This document shows, in pieces, positions 10,336-20,633 of a DNA stretch of 59,621 bases. A program made the translations under genes and the position numbers. Position 1 is the stretch's first letter, and each line of letters starts with the position of its first letter. The notes beneath the pieces are model-generated. The model ran no database searches and was not told where the DNA came from. It saw nothing but the letters and a program-made list of their open reading frames with translations. The stretch is from contig JADHPA010000001.1 in the NCBI GenBank assembly GCA_016778675.1, forward strand, positions 1 to 59,621, written 5' to 3'. Source of the stretch: Candidatus Pelagibacter sp. GTDB lineage: Bacteria > Pseudomonadota > Alphaproteobacteria > Pelagibacterales > Pelagibacteraceae.

Positions 10336-10824
10336 ATGAAAAACATTTTTGTTACTCTTTCTGTTTTAATTTTATTATCAACAAATTCTTATGCCGCTGG
10401 GTCTAGTAGTGATAGTTCTAGCAAAGTAAAATCAAATTATGATAAGGCAGTTACGATTATTAAAGCTGCAAAAAAATATGAAAAACAAGGTAAAAACGAA
10501 AAAGCCAACAAAAAATATGAAAAAGCTTTAGACCTTTTGGTTATATCTAATAAAGAAAAACCAAATAAAGCTGATACTCTCAATTATCTTGGTTTTACAA
10601 CAAGAAAACTTGGAGATTATGCTGGAGGTGAAAAATATTATTTAGAAGGACTTTATATAGAACCCAACCATAATGGAATTAATGAATACTTGGGTGAGCT
10701 TTATATTGTTACTAACAGAATTGATTTAGCAAAAGAAAGACTTAATGTGTTAAAATCATGCAATTGTGAAGAATATGACGATCTTAAAGCAATAATTGAT
10801 GGTAAGAAAAAATCTAAATATTAG
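10336..10824 (+). CDS. Exported TPR-repeat protein
   Basis: Signal peptide (MKN..LILLSTNSYA) and TPR-like ADTLNYLGFTTRKLG...YLEGLYIEPNH..INEYLGELY. Confidence 0.75.
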   Translation: MKNIFVTLSVLILLSTNSYAAGSSSDSSSKVKSNYDKAVTIIKAAKKYEKQGKNEKANKKYEKALDLLVISNKEKPNKADTLNYLGFTTRKLGDYAGGEKYYLEGLYIEPNHNGINEYLGELYIVTNRIDLAKERLNVLKSCNCEEYDDLKAIIDGKKKSKY

Positions 10825-10826
10825 TC

Positions 10827-12137
10827 TTAGTTAATATTTTGTGACATTTTATTAGGAAGCCATAACGCTATTTCAGGAAAAATTATAATAATTATTAATG
10901 CTAAGATCATTAATAAAAAAAGAGGAAAAGCACTTTTTGCAATAAATGACATGTCTTTATTTGCCATTCCTTGGAGCACAAATAGATTAAACCCTACAGG
11001 AGGTGTAATTTGTGCCATCTCAACAACGATAACAAGATAAATTCCGAACCAAATCATATCAAAACCAGCTTGTCTAATCATGGGCTCAATAATAGCCATT
11101 GTTAAAACTACAGCAGAGATTCCATCTAGAAACATTCCAAGGATGATGTAAAAAATAGTTAAAATAAAAATTAACATATAAGGTGATAAATTTAATTCTT
11201 GGATCCAAATAGCTAAGTTTCTTGGTAAGCCAGTAAACCCCATTGCTAATGAAAGAAAAGTAGAACCAGCTAAAATAAATGCAATCATACATGATGTTTT
11301 AGTTGCTCCTAACAAAGATAGTTTAAAAGAATTTTTATTAAGAGTTCCTTGAAATAATGACAAAATTAGAGCCCCAACTACACCTAATGAAGCTGCTTCT
11401 GTTGCGGTAGCTACCCCTGTATAAATTGACCCAATAACTGCCAATATTAGAATAACAACTGGTAAAAGTTGTTTTGATCTTTTTATTTTTTCCATCAAGG
11501 TAAAGTTTTCAGAGATTTTTGGCATTTGACTTTTGTTTAATATTGACCAAATAACAACATATAGCATAAATATAATTGCAAGCATTATCCCTGGTAAAAT
11601 TCCAGCCATAAACAATTTAGCTATAGAGTCTTCAATTGTGACACCATAAATTATTAATATAATTGAAGGGGGAATTAATAACCCAAGAGTTCCTGATCCA
11701 GCTAAACTACCTAGTAATATTTTTTCAGGATATTTTCTTTTTCTTAGCTCTGGAATTGACATTTTACCTACAGTTGCAACTGTTGCAGCAGAAGATCCAG
11801 ATATGGCAGCAAATAATCCACAACCAACTACATTAACGTGAATTAATCCTCCAGGTAATTTTGACAACCAGGGAGACAAACCTTTAAATAAATTTTCTGA
11901 AAGTTTAGTCCTAAATAAAATTTCTCCCATCCAAACAAATAAAGGTAAAGCAGTCAAAGTCCAGGAAGAACTTGTCCCCCATATTGTAGTTGCCATTGCA
12001 TCTCCAACTGGTCTTGTTGTAAAAAGCATCATCCCAATAGCAGAAACTGCAATCATGCTTAAAGCAACCCAAACTCCTGATCCTAATAAAAATAGCAATA
12101 AAGAAATAAAAAAAATTGTTAAAAATATTTCATTCAT
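10827..12137 (-). CDS. dctM: TRAP transporter large permease
   Basis: FAAISGSSAAT, GTLGLLIPPS, ATATEAA and AQITPPVGFNLFV. Confidence 0.95.
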   Translation of the reverse strand: MNEIFLTIFFISLLLFLLGSGVWVALSMIAVSAIGMMLFTTRPVGDAMATTIWGTSSSWTLTALPLFVWMGEILFRTKLSENLFKGLSPWLSKLPGGLIHVNVVGCGLFAAISGSSAATVATVGKMSIPELRKRKYPEKILLGSLAGSGTLGLLIPPSIILIIYGVTIEDSIAKLFMAGILPGIMLAIIFMLYVVIWSILNKSQMPKISENFTLMEKIKRSKQLLPVVILILAVIGSIYTGVATATEAASLGVVGALILSLFQGTLNKNSFKLSLLGATKTSCMIAFILAGSTFLSLAMGFTGLPRNLAIWIQELNLSPYMLIFILTIFYIILGMFLDGISAVVLTMAIIEPMIRQAGFDMIWFGIYLVIVVEMAQITPPVGFNLFVLQGMANKDMSFIAKSAFPLFLLMILALIIIIIFPEIALWLPNKMSQNIN

Positions 12138-12143
12138 AAATAT

Positions 12144-12629
12144 CTAATCTTTATTAAAAATCGAATTTATTAGATGATGAAACACACATATAAAAAATAT
12201 TATAGATCCAAAAGCTACTGCAGATTGTGGTATCCAAATTAATATTTCATCAGCTCCTTCACTTCGTTCCTCAAATTTAATAGAAACAAATGCCATTTTA
12301 GTAAAAAAAAATGCTAAAAATCCTGAAAAAATAGTTGCTACAGATAAACACCAAATTTCAGCTAACTTTCTACTTACTGGTTTTAATTTTACTAAAAATA
12401 AAGTTATTCTAATATGAGCCTTGTCATAAAATGTGTATGATAAAGCAAAAAAAGATGATGCGGCCATTGAGTAACCTGAATATTCTGCCAGTCCTCTTAT
12501 ATAAAATCCAAAAATTCTTGATGAAATTCCTGTTAAAATAAATAATAGCACTAATATTAAAAAAAAAGCGGCTAAATATCCTGAGCAAATATAAAGAAAA
12601 TTTAAATTCTTATTTATTTGTTTAATCAT
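12144..12629 (-). CDS. dctQ: TRAP transporter small permease
   Basis: Four transmembrane segments with an HIRIT motif; lies between dctP and dctM. Confidence 0.88.
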   Translation of the reverse strand: MIKQINKNLNFLYICSGYLAAFFLILVLLFILTGISSRIFGFYIRGLAEYSGYSMAASSFFALSYTFYDKAHIRITLFLVKLKPVSRKLAEIWCLSVATIFSGFLAFFFTKMAFVSIKFEERSEGADEILIWIPQSAVAFGSIIFFICVFHHLINSIFNKD

Positions 12630-12634
12630 AATAA

Positions 12635-12662
12635 TAAGGCCGATTTAATTAAATCGGCCTTA
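12635..12662. terminator. Perfect 28-bp palindrome between dctP and dctQ (attenuating or mRNA-stabilising hairpin)
   Basis: TAAGGCCGATTTAA|TTAAATCGGCCTTA. On the minus strand it is followed by TTATT and then the dctQ start. Confidence 0.7.
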
Positions 12663-12680
12663 GTAAATTTATATAACTTT

Positions 12681-13655
12681 TTATTTATAAGCTGCTAGAA
12701 CAGATTGTCCTCTAGAACCAGCTCTACTAGCCCATTCTTTAGACATCGTTGCTCCAACTTCTTTAAAATGTTTATTCAAAGCTGAATTTACTTTACCAAC
12801 AATCATACCAGCATCAGCTAAAGCTTTTTTATCCGCCTTGTTTCCTTTTTTAGATAATGCCCAACCCTTTTTTTCTGCTTTTGCAGCTTCTGACATTACT
12901 AATTTTTGAGTTGCAGAGTCTAATTTACTCCATGCATCTTTATTAACAATGATCATATTTTTTGGATACCATGCTGCTATATCATAAAAATATTTAACAC
13001 CATTTTCCCATATTTTACTATTCTTACCAGTAGTTGGTGATGTAATCATGCTTTCAACTGCTCCTGTTGAAAAAGCCTGGCTTATTTCAGCTGCTTCGAT
13101 TTTAGTTGGTGCCATTCCAGTAAGTTCAGCTAATCTAATCAATGAAGAGTTATATGCTCTAAATTTTAAACCTTTTAAATCAGCTTTAGAATTAATTTCA
13201 TTCTTACTGTAAAGTCCTTGTGCTGGCCAAGGTACAGCATACAAAAATACTAAACCTTTAGCATCTAATCCTTTAACTATCTCAGGTTTTGAAGCTTTAT
13301 ATAATTTCATAGCATCACTATATGATGAAGCTAAAAAAGGTTGAGAATCTATCTCTAATAATGGATCTTCTTTACCTAAAGCAGACATAAATCTTTCTCC
13401 TATTTGAGCTTGACCTGTTCTTACTGCTCTAAAGATTTCTCCACCTTTGTATAAAGAGCCACCAGGGTGAGTCACTATTGTAAGCTTTCCTCCACTCTTG
13501 TCTGAGACATTTTTAGCAAATTCTGTTGCATTCGCTGAATGAAAGTTTGAAGCGCCATAAGCTAGAGCCATATCCCACTTTTCTGTAGATGATGCAAAAT
13601 TAGTGCTTAATAATAAAGCAAACAAAATTGTTAATACTTTGTTTTTTATTTTCAT
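12681..13655 (-). CDS. dctP: TRAP substrate-binding protein (DctP family), probably pyroglutamate-binding
   Basis: Signal peptide, HPGGSL, DLKGLKFR (conserved carboxylate-binding Arg) and strong SD AGGAG at 13661-13665. The ligand is inferred from the adjacent pxpABC. Confidence 0.9.
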   Translation of the reverse strand: MKIKNKVLTILFALLLSTNFASSTEKWDMALAYGASNFHSANATEFAKNVSDKSGGKLTIVTHPGGSLYKGGEIFRAVRTGQAQIGERFMSALGKEDPLLEIDSQPFLASSYSDAMKLYKASKPEIVKGLDAKGLVFLYAVPWPAQGLYSKNEINSKADLKGLKFRAYNSSLIRLAELTGMAPTKIEAAEISQAFSTGAVESMITSPTTGKNSKIWENGVKYFYDIAAWYPKNMIIVNKDAWSKLDSATQKLVMSEAAKAEKKGWALSKKGNKADKKALADAGMIVGKVNSALNKHFKEVGATMSKEWASRAGSRGQSVLAAYK

Positions 13656-13783
13656 TTATACTCCTTTTTTTAATTTTGGTCATTTCATAATGAATCTGTC
13701 CCAAAATCAATTTAAAAATTGTATGTCTTATTAAGCCTTTAATATATTGATTTATTATAGATTTTTACTATTATTCAATCATC

Positions 13784-14398
13784 TTGATTGAAGAAGGCAT
13801 AATACTACTCCAAATTATCTTTATAGATATTATCCTAGCTGCAGATAACGCTATAATTATAGCTTTAATCGCAGCTAACTTCGTTCCAAAAAATAGAAAA
13901 CAAATAATTCTCTGGGGTGTTGTGGGCGCATTAGTTTTTAAAGTTATTTTTGCATTATTTGCCACTTATTTATTTGAATTCTATTATATAAAAATTTTAG
14001 GTGGGTTGCTTCTAATTTGGATTGCTAACGATTTGAGAAAAGATTTAGTCGAGATGAAAAATAAGATAAAATCTCCAGTTAAAAAATCTACAGAACCATC
14101 TTATATACAAAGTGTTTACAAGGTATTATTTGCAGATATTACAATTAGTTTTGATAATGTCATTGGGGTAGTTGGGGCTTCTAAAGGATACTTTGGTTTT
14201 ATGATTTTTGGTCTTGTTTTATCTGTGGTTCTAACTGGTGCATTAGCTACTTATTTAGCTAACTATATTCAAAAGCATATTTGGATAGCATATGTTGGTT
14301 TATTTTTTATATTGATCGTTGGACTACAATTAATCATTGGTGGATTGAATGATTATGGAGTGTTATCAATAAATCAAACTTTTCAAAAATACTTCTAG
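13784..14398 (+). CDS. TerC/YjbE family membrane protein (TTG start)
   Basis: IDIILAADNAIIIAL, GGLLLIWIA and ADITISFDNVIGV are TerC motifs. Confidence 0.85.
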   Translation: MIEEGIILLQIIFIDIILAADNAIIIALIAANFVPKNRKQIILWGVVGALVFKVIFALFATYLFEFYYIKILGGLLLIWIANDLRKDLVEMKNKIKSPVKKSTEPSYIQSVYKVLFADITISFDNVIGVVGASKGYFGFMIFGLVLSVVLTGALATYLANYIQKHIWIAYVGLFFILIVGLQLIIGGLNDYGVLSINQTFQKYF

Positions 14399-15172
14399 CT
14401 AATAAGAGTGTTTTTTGGCAGGAAACTTTTTTTCTGTTACGTCTTGTTTATATTTTAAGACAGCATTATTTATTTGTTTTTCAATATTTAGATATTTTTT
14501 TACAAATCTTACTTTAATATTACTCAGTCCTATAAGATCATCTGTAACAAGAACTTGTCCGTCACAATTAACTGATGCTCCTATCCCAATTGTTGGCACA
14601 TTAATTGATTTCGTAATTTCTTTTGCTAAAGAGCTCTCTACACACTCTAAAACCATTGAGAATACACCTGCTTCTTCTAAAAGTTTAGAATCTCTTAAAA
14701 TAATTTTTCTTTCTGATGTTTTTTTTCCTTTAAATCTAAAATTTGTTGCAGATTGAGGAAGAACACCAAGGTGGCCCATAACTGGAATTTTATTTTTAAT
14801 CAAAATTTTAATTACTTTAATAATCTTTTTACCACCTTCAAGTTTGACAGCATCACACTTAGTTTTAGAAATTATTTTTTTCGCATTAGTTAACGCTTCT
14901 TTAGGGTTACGGTAGGTGTTGTGTGGCATGTCTACTACCATTAAACTTTTTTTAACACCTTGTCTTACACTTTTAGAATGTTCAATGATCATATCTAATG
15001 TCACTTTTTTTGTAGAAGAAAAGTTGTAAAGGACTGATCCAAGGGAATCTCCAACCAAAATAAGATCGCAGTGTTTATCAATAATAGATGCAATATTTTT
15101 TGAATAAGCAGTAAGGCTTATAATTTTAGATTTATTTTTTTTTTTAATAAAATCTATAATTTTTTTATTCAT
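14399..15172 (-). CDS. panB: 3-methyl-2-oxobutanoate hydroxymethyltransferase
   Basis: LTAY, ILVGDSLG, AVKLEGG, GHLGVLPQ and TIGIGA..CDGQVLV.DD. Confidence 0.96.
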   Translation of the reverse strand: MNKKIIDFIKKKNKSKIISLTAYSKNIASIIDKHCDLILVGDSLGSVLYNFSSTKKVTLDMIIEHSKSVRQGVKKSLMVVDMPHNTYRNPKEALTNAKKIISKTKCDAVKLEGGKKIIKVIKILIKNKIPVMGHLGVLPQSATNFRFKGKKTSERKIILRDSKLLEEAGVFSMVLECVESSLAKEITKSINVPTIGIGASVNCDGQVLVTDDLIGLSNIKVRFVKKYLNIEKQINNAVLKYKQDVTEKKFPAKKHSY

Positions 15173-15196
15173 CTTTTAATATCTTATAATTAACTA

Positions 15197-16762
15197 TTAT
15201 TCTAATTCAATAGTACTTGGTGGTTTAGATGTTACATCATAAACAACTCTATTTATTCCTCTAATATTATTGATGATTTGATTAGAAATAGATTGCATAA
15301 AGCCTTTTGGGAAATCAAAAAAATCTGCGGTCATTCCATCCTCTGAAGTAATTGCTCTTAATAAACAAATATGTTCGTAAGTTCGGTTATCACCCATTAC
15401 ACCAACTGTTTTAACTGGTAATAGAGCAGCATAAGCTTGCCAAATTTTATCGTATAAACCATTATCTCTTAAAGCCTTAATGAAATAATAATCTGCCTCT
15501 TTTAAAATATTAATCTTTTCTCTTGTTATATTACCAGGCATTCTTATTGCTAAACCGGGTCCAGGAAATGGATGTCTAGATATTATATCTTTTGATAAAT
15601 TTAATTCTAACCCAAGTTTTCTTACCTCATCTTTGAAAAGAAATTTCAATGGCTCAACTAATTTTAATTTCATTCTTTTTGGTAAACCACCCACATTATG
15701 ATGGGATTTAATTTTTGATGTCTGGCTTCCTGTAACAGATCTACTTTCAATTAAATCAGGATAAAGGGTGCCTTGAGCTAGAAACTTAACATTCTTTATT
15801 TTTTTTGCATATCTTTCAAATATTTTAATAAATAAATTTCCAATAATTTTTCTTTTTTTTTCAGGGTCAGAAATATTAGTTAATTTTTTAATAAATTCTT
15901 TTTCTGCATTGACATAAACTAAATTTATTCTTAATTTTTTTTTGAATGTATTAACTACTTGTGTTTCCTCATTTTTTCTCAAAAGACCATTATTAACAAA
16001 TATACAAGTAAGGTTTTTTCTAATAGCTTTACTCAATAATTGAGCAACAACACTGCTGTCCACTCCACCTGATAGACCACAAATTACTTTATTATTACCT
16101 ACTTGTTTTTTTATGTCTCTGATTAATTCTAATTTTTGATCTTTTGAAGACCAATTTTTTTTTAATTTACATATATAAAAAACAAAATTACGTAGTAAGA
16201 TTTTACCTTTATTAGTATGAGTTACTTCAGGATGAAACTGTACGCCATAATAATTATTTTTAGTATTTTCAATTATTGCTAATTTTGAATTTTTTGAAGA
16301 TGCAATAATTTTAAAATTTTTTGGCATCTTAGATACTTGATCTGCATGGCTCATCCATACATTGTTACTATTGTCTTTATTAAAAAAATTTTTAGTTAAT
16401 TTACTATTTGAAACCTTTTTAATAGTTGCTAGACCAAACTCTCTATGTTTAGATTTTTTAACACGTCCACCTAGTTCTTTGGACAGTATTTGATGTCCAA
16501 AACATATTCCTAAAACTGGTATTTTTAAGCTTAATATCTTTTTATCAAATTTAAATTTATCATTTTGATATACATTAAGCGGACCCCCTGAGAGAATTAT
16601 TCCACCAATGTTATTATTAATAATTTGATTTATTTTTATCTTTTTATGACTAATAATTTCTGAAAAAACACCAAATTCTCTTACTCTTCTTGCGATAAGC
16701 TGTGTAAATTGAGACCCAAAATCTATTATTAGAATTTTGGTGAGCTTGTTATTAAGACTCAT
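15197..16762 (-). CDS. guaA: GMP synthase (glutamine-hydrolysing)
   Basis: [42 protein letters not shown] and KPPSTIELE. Confidence 0.98.
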   Translation of the reverse strand: MSLNNKLTKILIIDFGSQFTQLIARRVREFGVFSEIISHKKIKINQIINNNIGGIILSGGPLNVYQNDKFKFDKKILSLKIPVLGICFGHQILSKELGGRVKKSKHREFGLATIKKVSNSKLTKNFFNKDNSNNVWMSHADQVSKMPKNFKIIASSKNSKLAIIENTKNNYYGVQFHPEVTHTNKGKILLRNFVFYICKLKKNWSSKDQKLELIRDIKKQVGNNKVICGLSGGVDSSVVAQLLSKAIRKNLTCIFVNNGLLRKNEETQVVNTFKKKLRINLVYVNAEKEFIKKLTNISDPEKKRKIIGNLFIKIFERYAKKIKNVKFLAQGTLYPDLIESRSVTGSQTSKIKSHHNVGGLPKRMKLKLVEPLKFLFKDEVRKLGLELNLSKDIISRHPFPGPGLAIRMPGNITREKINILKEADYYFIKALRDNGLYDKIWQAYAALLPVKTVGVMGDNRTYEHICLLRAITSEDGMTADFFDFPKGFMQSISNQIINNIRGINRVVYDVTSKPPSTIELE

Positions 16763-17189
16763 TTTTTGGTTCCAAATCTTTTAAAGACTCTAAAATAATT
16801 TTTTCTTTACCACATAAATCAATGCAAATTTTAGAGAAACTTCGAGCTAACTCTCTAACTTTTAAATAATTGCTTCTTTTAAGTTCTATTTCCATAAGCA
16901 TATAATTTGCTTCTTCATTTTTAGGTTCTAGTAACAAAACTGTATCTATATTCTTTTTTACTTCTTTTTTATTTTCTTCAATATTAAAAATTTTTGCTAG
17001 ATATAAATATGATTTTTCATCTTTAGGATTGAATACTATTCCTCTTTGAAATAAAAACTTAGCCTCTTCATAACTTTTTTCATCATATTTAATTTTTCCC
17101 TCTTCAAAAAAATTATCTTCTGCAAAAGATAAATTCGAAATATTTAAAAATACAAAAATTATAAAAACTAGTTTGTTAAATTTAATCAT
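16752..17189 (-). CDS. Exported TPR-like protein
   Basis: Signal peptide and TPR pattern ([28 protein letters not shown]); coupled between guaB and guaA. Confidence 0.7.
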   Translation of the reverse strand: MIKFNKLVFIIFVFLNISNLSFAEDNFFEEGKIKYDEKSYEEAKFLFQRGIVFNPKDEKSYLYLAKIFNIEENKKEVKKNIDTVLLLEPKNEEANYMLMEIELKRSNYLKVRELARSFSKICIDLCGKEKIILESLKDLEPKNES

Positions 17190-18265
17190 TAGTATTTGCT
17201 GTCACTCTTTACTTCATCAACATTATGAACCATGCTTTCATAAAATCCAGCTTTTGTTATTTTTACAAAATTAGGTTTAGTTTTTAGATATAAAACTTTT
17301 TTTGCTCCCAAATAGCCCATAGAAGATTTTAATCCTCCGATTAATTTATAAATTATATTTTTGACATCGCCTTTATATTTAACAAAACCCTCTACACCTT
17401 CTGGTACATATTTAGATGTATCTTTTTGTTTTTTTTGAAAATATCTATCAGCAGAACCTTTATTCATTGCTCCCACAGAACCCATTCCTCTAAAGCTTTT
17501 AAATAATTTTCCATTTTTTTTTATTAGTTTTCCTGGTGTCTCTGTGCTTCCAGCAAATAATGAACCAATCATTACAGCATCTGCTCCTGCTGACAATGCT
17601 TTTGCAATATCACCAGAATATTTAATTCCACCATCAGAAATTATTTTTGTTTTATTATTTTTTATTCCTTGTTTAACTGCTAGGATTGCACTCAATTGAG
17701 GTACACCAATACCAGCTACTAATCTAGTAGTGCAAATTGAACCAGGTCCAATACCAACTTTAACTATATCTACACCTAATTTTATTAAAAATTTTGCAGC
17801 GTCCGCTGTAGCAATATTTCCAGCACACAAGGTTGTCTTTTTAGTTTTAATTTTCTTAATTGCTTTAACAATTTCAGCTACTTTTTTGCTGTGACCATGT
17901 GCTGTATCAACTACAATTAAATTAATTTGTTCTTTTAAAATCGCCTCTGCCCTTTTAAGTTCTTGTGGACCGGCTCCTACAGCAGCTCCAACTAATAATC
18001 CTTGTTTTTTTACTTTTCTAATCTCTTCAATTTGTTTTTTGATATTTAAATTTCTGTGAATTACACCAATGCCTCCTGCTTTAGCTATCGCTATTGCCAT
18101 TTTACTTTCTGTAACAGTATCCATTGCTGATGATAACAAAGGTATTTTTAATGTTAAATTAGCTGATAATTTTGTGCTTGTGTCAACTTCTGAAGGTAAA
18201 ACCCCTGAGTACTTCGGAGCCATTGTGACATCGTCAAAGGTGAGTGCTTCTTTAATAGGATCCAT
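17189..18265 (-). CDS. guaB: IMP dehydrogenase lacking the CBS subdomain
   Basis: [16 protein letters not shown], catalytic [19 protein letters not shown] and VPEGVEG; only 358 aa. Confidence 0.97.
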   Translation of the reverse strand: MDPIKEALTFDDVTMAPKYSGVLPSEVDTSTKLSANLTLKIPLLSSAMDTVTESKMAIAIAKAGGIGVIHRNLNIKKQIEEIRKVKKQGLLVGAAVGAGPQELKRAEAILKEQINLIVVDTAHGHSKKVAEIVKAIKKIKTKKTTLCAGNIATADAAKFLIKLGVDIVKVGIGPGSICTTRLVAGIGVPQLSAILAVKQGIKNNKTKIISDGGIKYSGDIAKALSAGADAVMIGSLFAGSTETPGKLIKKNGKLFKSFRGMGSVGAMNKGSADRYFQKKQKDTSKYVPEGVEGFVKYKGDVKNIIYKLIGGLKSSMGYLGAKKVLYLKTKPNFVKITKAGFYESMVHNVDEVKSDSKY

Positions 18266-18302
18266 AATAATTTATATACGATTCCTTTTAAAAATAAAGT
18301 TA

Positions 18303-18914
18303 CTATCTTAGAGTTTTACAAATAATAAAGCTTTCCTTAGATTCTTTTCTACTGGATTTTGGCTTAAATACCTTCACCTCTTTGAATATTTTTTTACCAA
18401 GTGCGACTATTTCGTTAAATGATGATCCTAAAAAAATTTTAGAAACAAATCGCCCTTCTTTAACAAGCATTTCTTTCGAAAAGTTCATTGCTTCCATGGC
18501 AAGTTCCCCTGTATAAATTGCATCAATATCCTTTATGCCCGTTGTATTAACAGCCATATCAGACACGACAACATCAACTTTTGATTTGAATAAACCTTTT
18601 ATTTTTTCTTGAGATTCTAAATCAGTAAAGTCTCCTTTTATTTGAATTATGTTTTCAATTGCTTCCATATTTTTTAAGTCTATAGAAACTAATCTTCCAC
18701 TTTTTACCATCCTTGCTATATACTGAGACCAGCTACCAGGTGATGCGCCTAAGTCTATTACTGATATTCCATTTTTAAATATCTTAAATTTTTCATCTAT
18801 TTCAATTAATTTATATGCAGATCTAGCTCGATACCCATCCACATGGGACTGTCTAACATAAATATCTCTTTTTTGTTTGTTGATCCAGTTTTTAGAGATT
18901 CTATTTTTTTTCAA
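18303..18914 (-). CDS. rlmE: 23S rRNA Um2552 methyltransferase (FtsJ/RrmJ), TTG start
   Basis: GYRARSAYKL.EI, DLGASPGSWSQ, VVSDMA and KPKSSRKESKE. Confidence 0.95.
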   Translation of the reverse strand: MKKNRISKNWINKQKRDIYVRQSHVDGYRARSAYKLIEIDEKFKIFKNGISVIDLGASPGSWSQYIARMVKSGRLVSIDLKNMEAIENIIQIKGDFTDLESQEKIKGLFKSKVDVVVSDMAVNTTGIKDIDAIYTGELAMEAMNFSKEMLVKEGRFVSKIFLGSSFNEIVALGKKIFKEVKVFKPKSSRKESKESFIICKTLR

Positions 18915-19826
18915 TTAATGACCAAATCTAAGACTTTTAGATAATATTTTTTGCTGGATAGTCTTTATATTAATTTTAACCTCTCTATCTAACCTCATAT
19001 CTTTACCAGAGTCCCAAATTCCAGCAGCTAAGTGCATAATTCCTATTTTATAATTTGGTAAGTAAGGTTCAACGAATGTATTTTTAATTTCGTCAAATTT
19101 TGGTAATAAATTACTAGCAATCCAATTGCAATTTAATGGTAAAAATTCAGTTTCTAGATCATCTATATAAACTGACATATTGATAGCAAGACCCTCTGAA
19201 CCAAAGATATTTCCACTTTTTAATGTTTGTTCTAGATTTTTTTGCCAAGAAGCCCAACCAGGTGAATTTTTTTCTAATGAAAAAACGCCAATATTTATAT
19301 GAGGAGCAAAAGCTAATTTTCTAGCTTTATTAATTCCAACTTTTGATTTTATTGCATGTTTAAAGTTTTGAGATTTAATTATAGCTACTTTACCAAATAG
19401 CCAATTTACTTTTGACATTATTTTGTATCCCGGTCCTAATGTTTGAGTAATTCCTAATTTACCATTTTCACAAGCTTTAAAATATAATTCAACAGAATTC
19501 CAATCATTCACCCACGCGTCACAATCTATCCATAGAAATTTTTCATAACTGGGAAAATATTTTGGTAGAAATGCTCGAGATACTTGACTCTTTAGCCACT
19601 CTTTTCCTTTTACTTTAAATGCTGGAACATCAATATCCCATTCTGCTGATTTAATTTCATCAACCTTTTTAGATAATTCATTTTTTTGCTCTTCAGATAA
19701 ACCGGCATCTAAAATACAAATTGCTGTATCTTTACTTTTTTCAAAACTCTTAATAGAATCAACTAATTCATTAAGTAATTCAAAGTAATTTGAGTCAGCC
19801 AAAGATACAATTACGTTTTTTTTCAT
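18915..19826 (-). CDS. Putative GT-A fold glycosyltransferase (GT8-like)
   Basis: ADSNYF, ICILDAGL, SRAFLPKYFP.YEKFLWIDCD (DxD motif), NIGVF and IMHLA. Confidence 0.6.
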   Translation of the reverse strand: MKKNVIVSLADSNYFELLNELVDSIKSFEKSKDTAICILDAGLSEEQKNELSKKVDEIKSAEWDIDVPAFKVKGKEWLKSQVSRAFLPKYFPSYEKFLWIDCDAWVNDWNSVELYFKACENGKLGITQTLGPGYKIMSKVNWLFGKVAIIKSQNFKHAIKSKVGINKARKLAFAPHINIGVFSLEKNSPGWASWQKNLEQTLKSGNIFGSEGLAINMSVYIDDLETEFLPLNCNWIASNLLPKFDEIKNTFVEPYLPNYKIGIMHLAAGIWDSGKDMRLDREVKINIKTIQQKILSKSLRFGH

Positions 19827-20630
19827 TTAGAGTATGTCTTCAAGATCTTCGACTTCTTGGTTTTCACCACTTAAAATCTTTTGTTTATAGGTTTTTTTAT
19901 AACTGAAATATCCAAATGGAAGTAAGGTTATATAAATCAGGCCACAAATGACTAAGACTTTAAATGTATATATAAATAATAGACCAAAAAATAACACAAC
20001 ACCAAATAATACAAAAATTGTCATTGGACGAGGTATTGAGATCTTTTTAAATGCAAAAGTTGGTATTTTACTAATCAATAAAAATGAATTTACAATAAAG
20101 AATAATGGTACAAGAATATCATAATTAATATTAATTAAATTTATATCACTTAGACTTAATATTAATGGCATAAGAATTAAAATTCCTCCAGCAGGAGACG
20201 GAACACCCTCAAAATAATTATCTTTCCATGAAGGTTCAGTATTTGAAGTTACATTAAACCGCGCAAGTCTAAGGGCAACACAAACCACGTAGATCATTGT
20301 AAGTAACCAACCAAATTTACCAAAATTATTTAAAGACCAAAAATACATTATAAAAGCTGGAGCAACACCAAAACTAATTAAATCAGCTAATGAATCTAAC
20401 TCCTTTCCAACCAACGAAGTGCCTTTTACTAATCTTGCAACTCTACCATCTAGTGCATCAAAAACTGCAGCAAAAATAATAGCTATAATAGATAATTCAA
20501 ATTTTTCATCTAATGCAAATTTAATAGAGCTAAGACCAATGCAAATATTGATTAGGGTAAGTGTATTTGGAAGAAGCATCCTTGCTTTTTTATCAGATAC
20601 AATTTTAAAATTATTTTTGGGTTGTTCCAT
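19827..20630 (-). CDS. pssA: CDP-diacylglycerol--serine O-phosphatidyltransferase
   Basis: LPNTLT, DALDGRVAR..GKELDSLADLISFGVAP, LRLARFN and FEGVPSP. Confidence 0.95.
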   Translation of the reverse strand: MEQPKNNFKIVSDKKARMLLPNTLTLINICIGLSSIKFALDEKFELSIIAIIFAAVFDALDGRVARLVKGTSLVGKELDSLADLISFGVAPAFIMYFWSLNNFGKFGWLLTMIYVVCVALRLARFNVTSNTEPSWKDNYFEGVPSPAGGILILMPLILSLSDINLININYDILVPLFFIVNSFLLISKIPTFAFKKISIPRPMTIFVLFGVVLFFGLLFIYTFKVLVICGLIYITLLPFGYFSYKKTYKQKILSGENQEVEDLEDIL

Positions 20631-20633
20631 ATG

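Noticed and set aside
13673-13707. Possible hairpin ATTTTGG..TTCA-TAA-TGAA..CCAAAAT in the dctP leader, considered as a ligand-sensing RNA
   Set aside because: AT-rich, asymmetric and weak, with no known aptamer motif; it could arise by chance.
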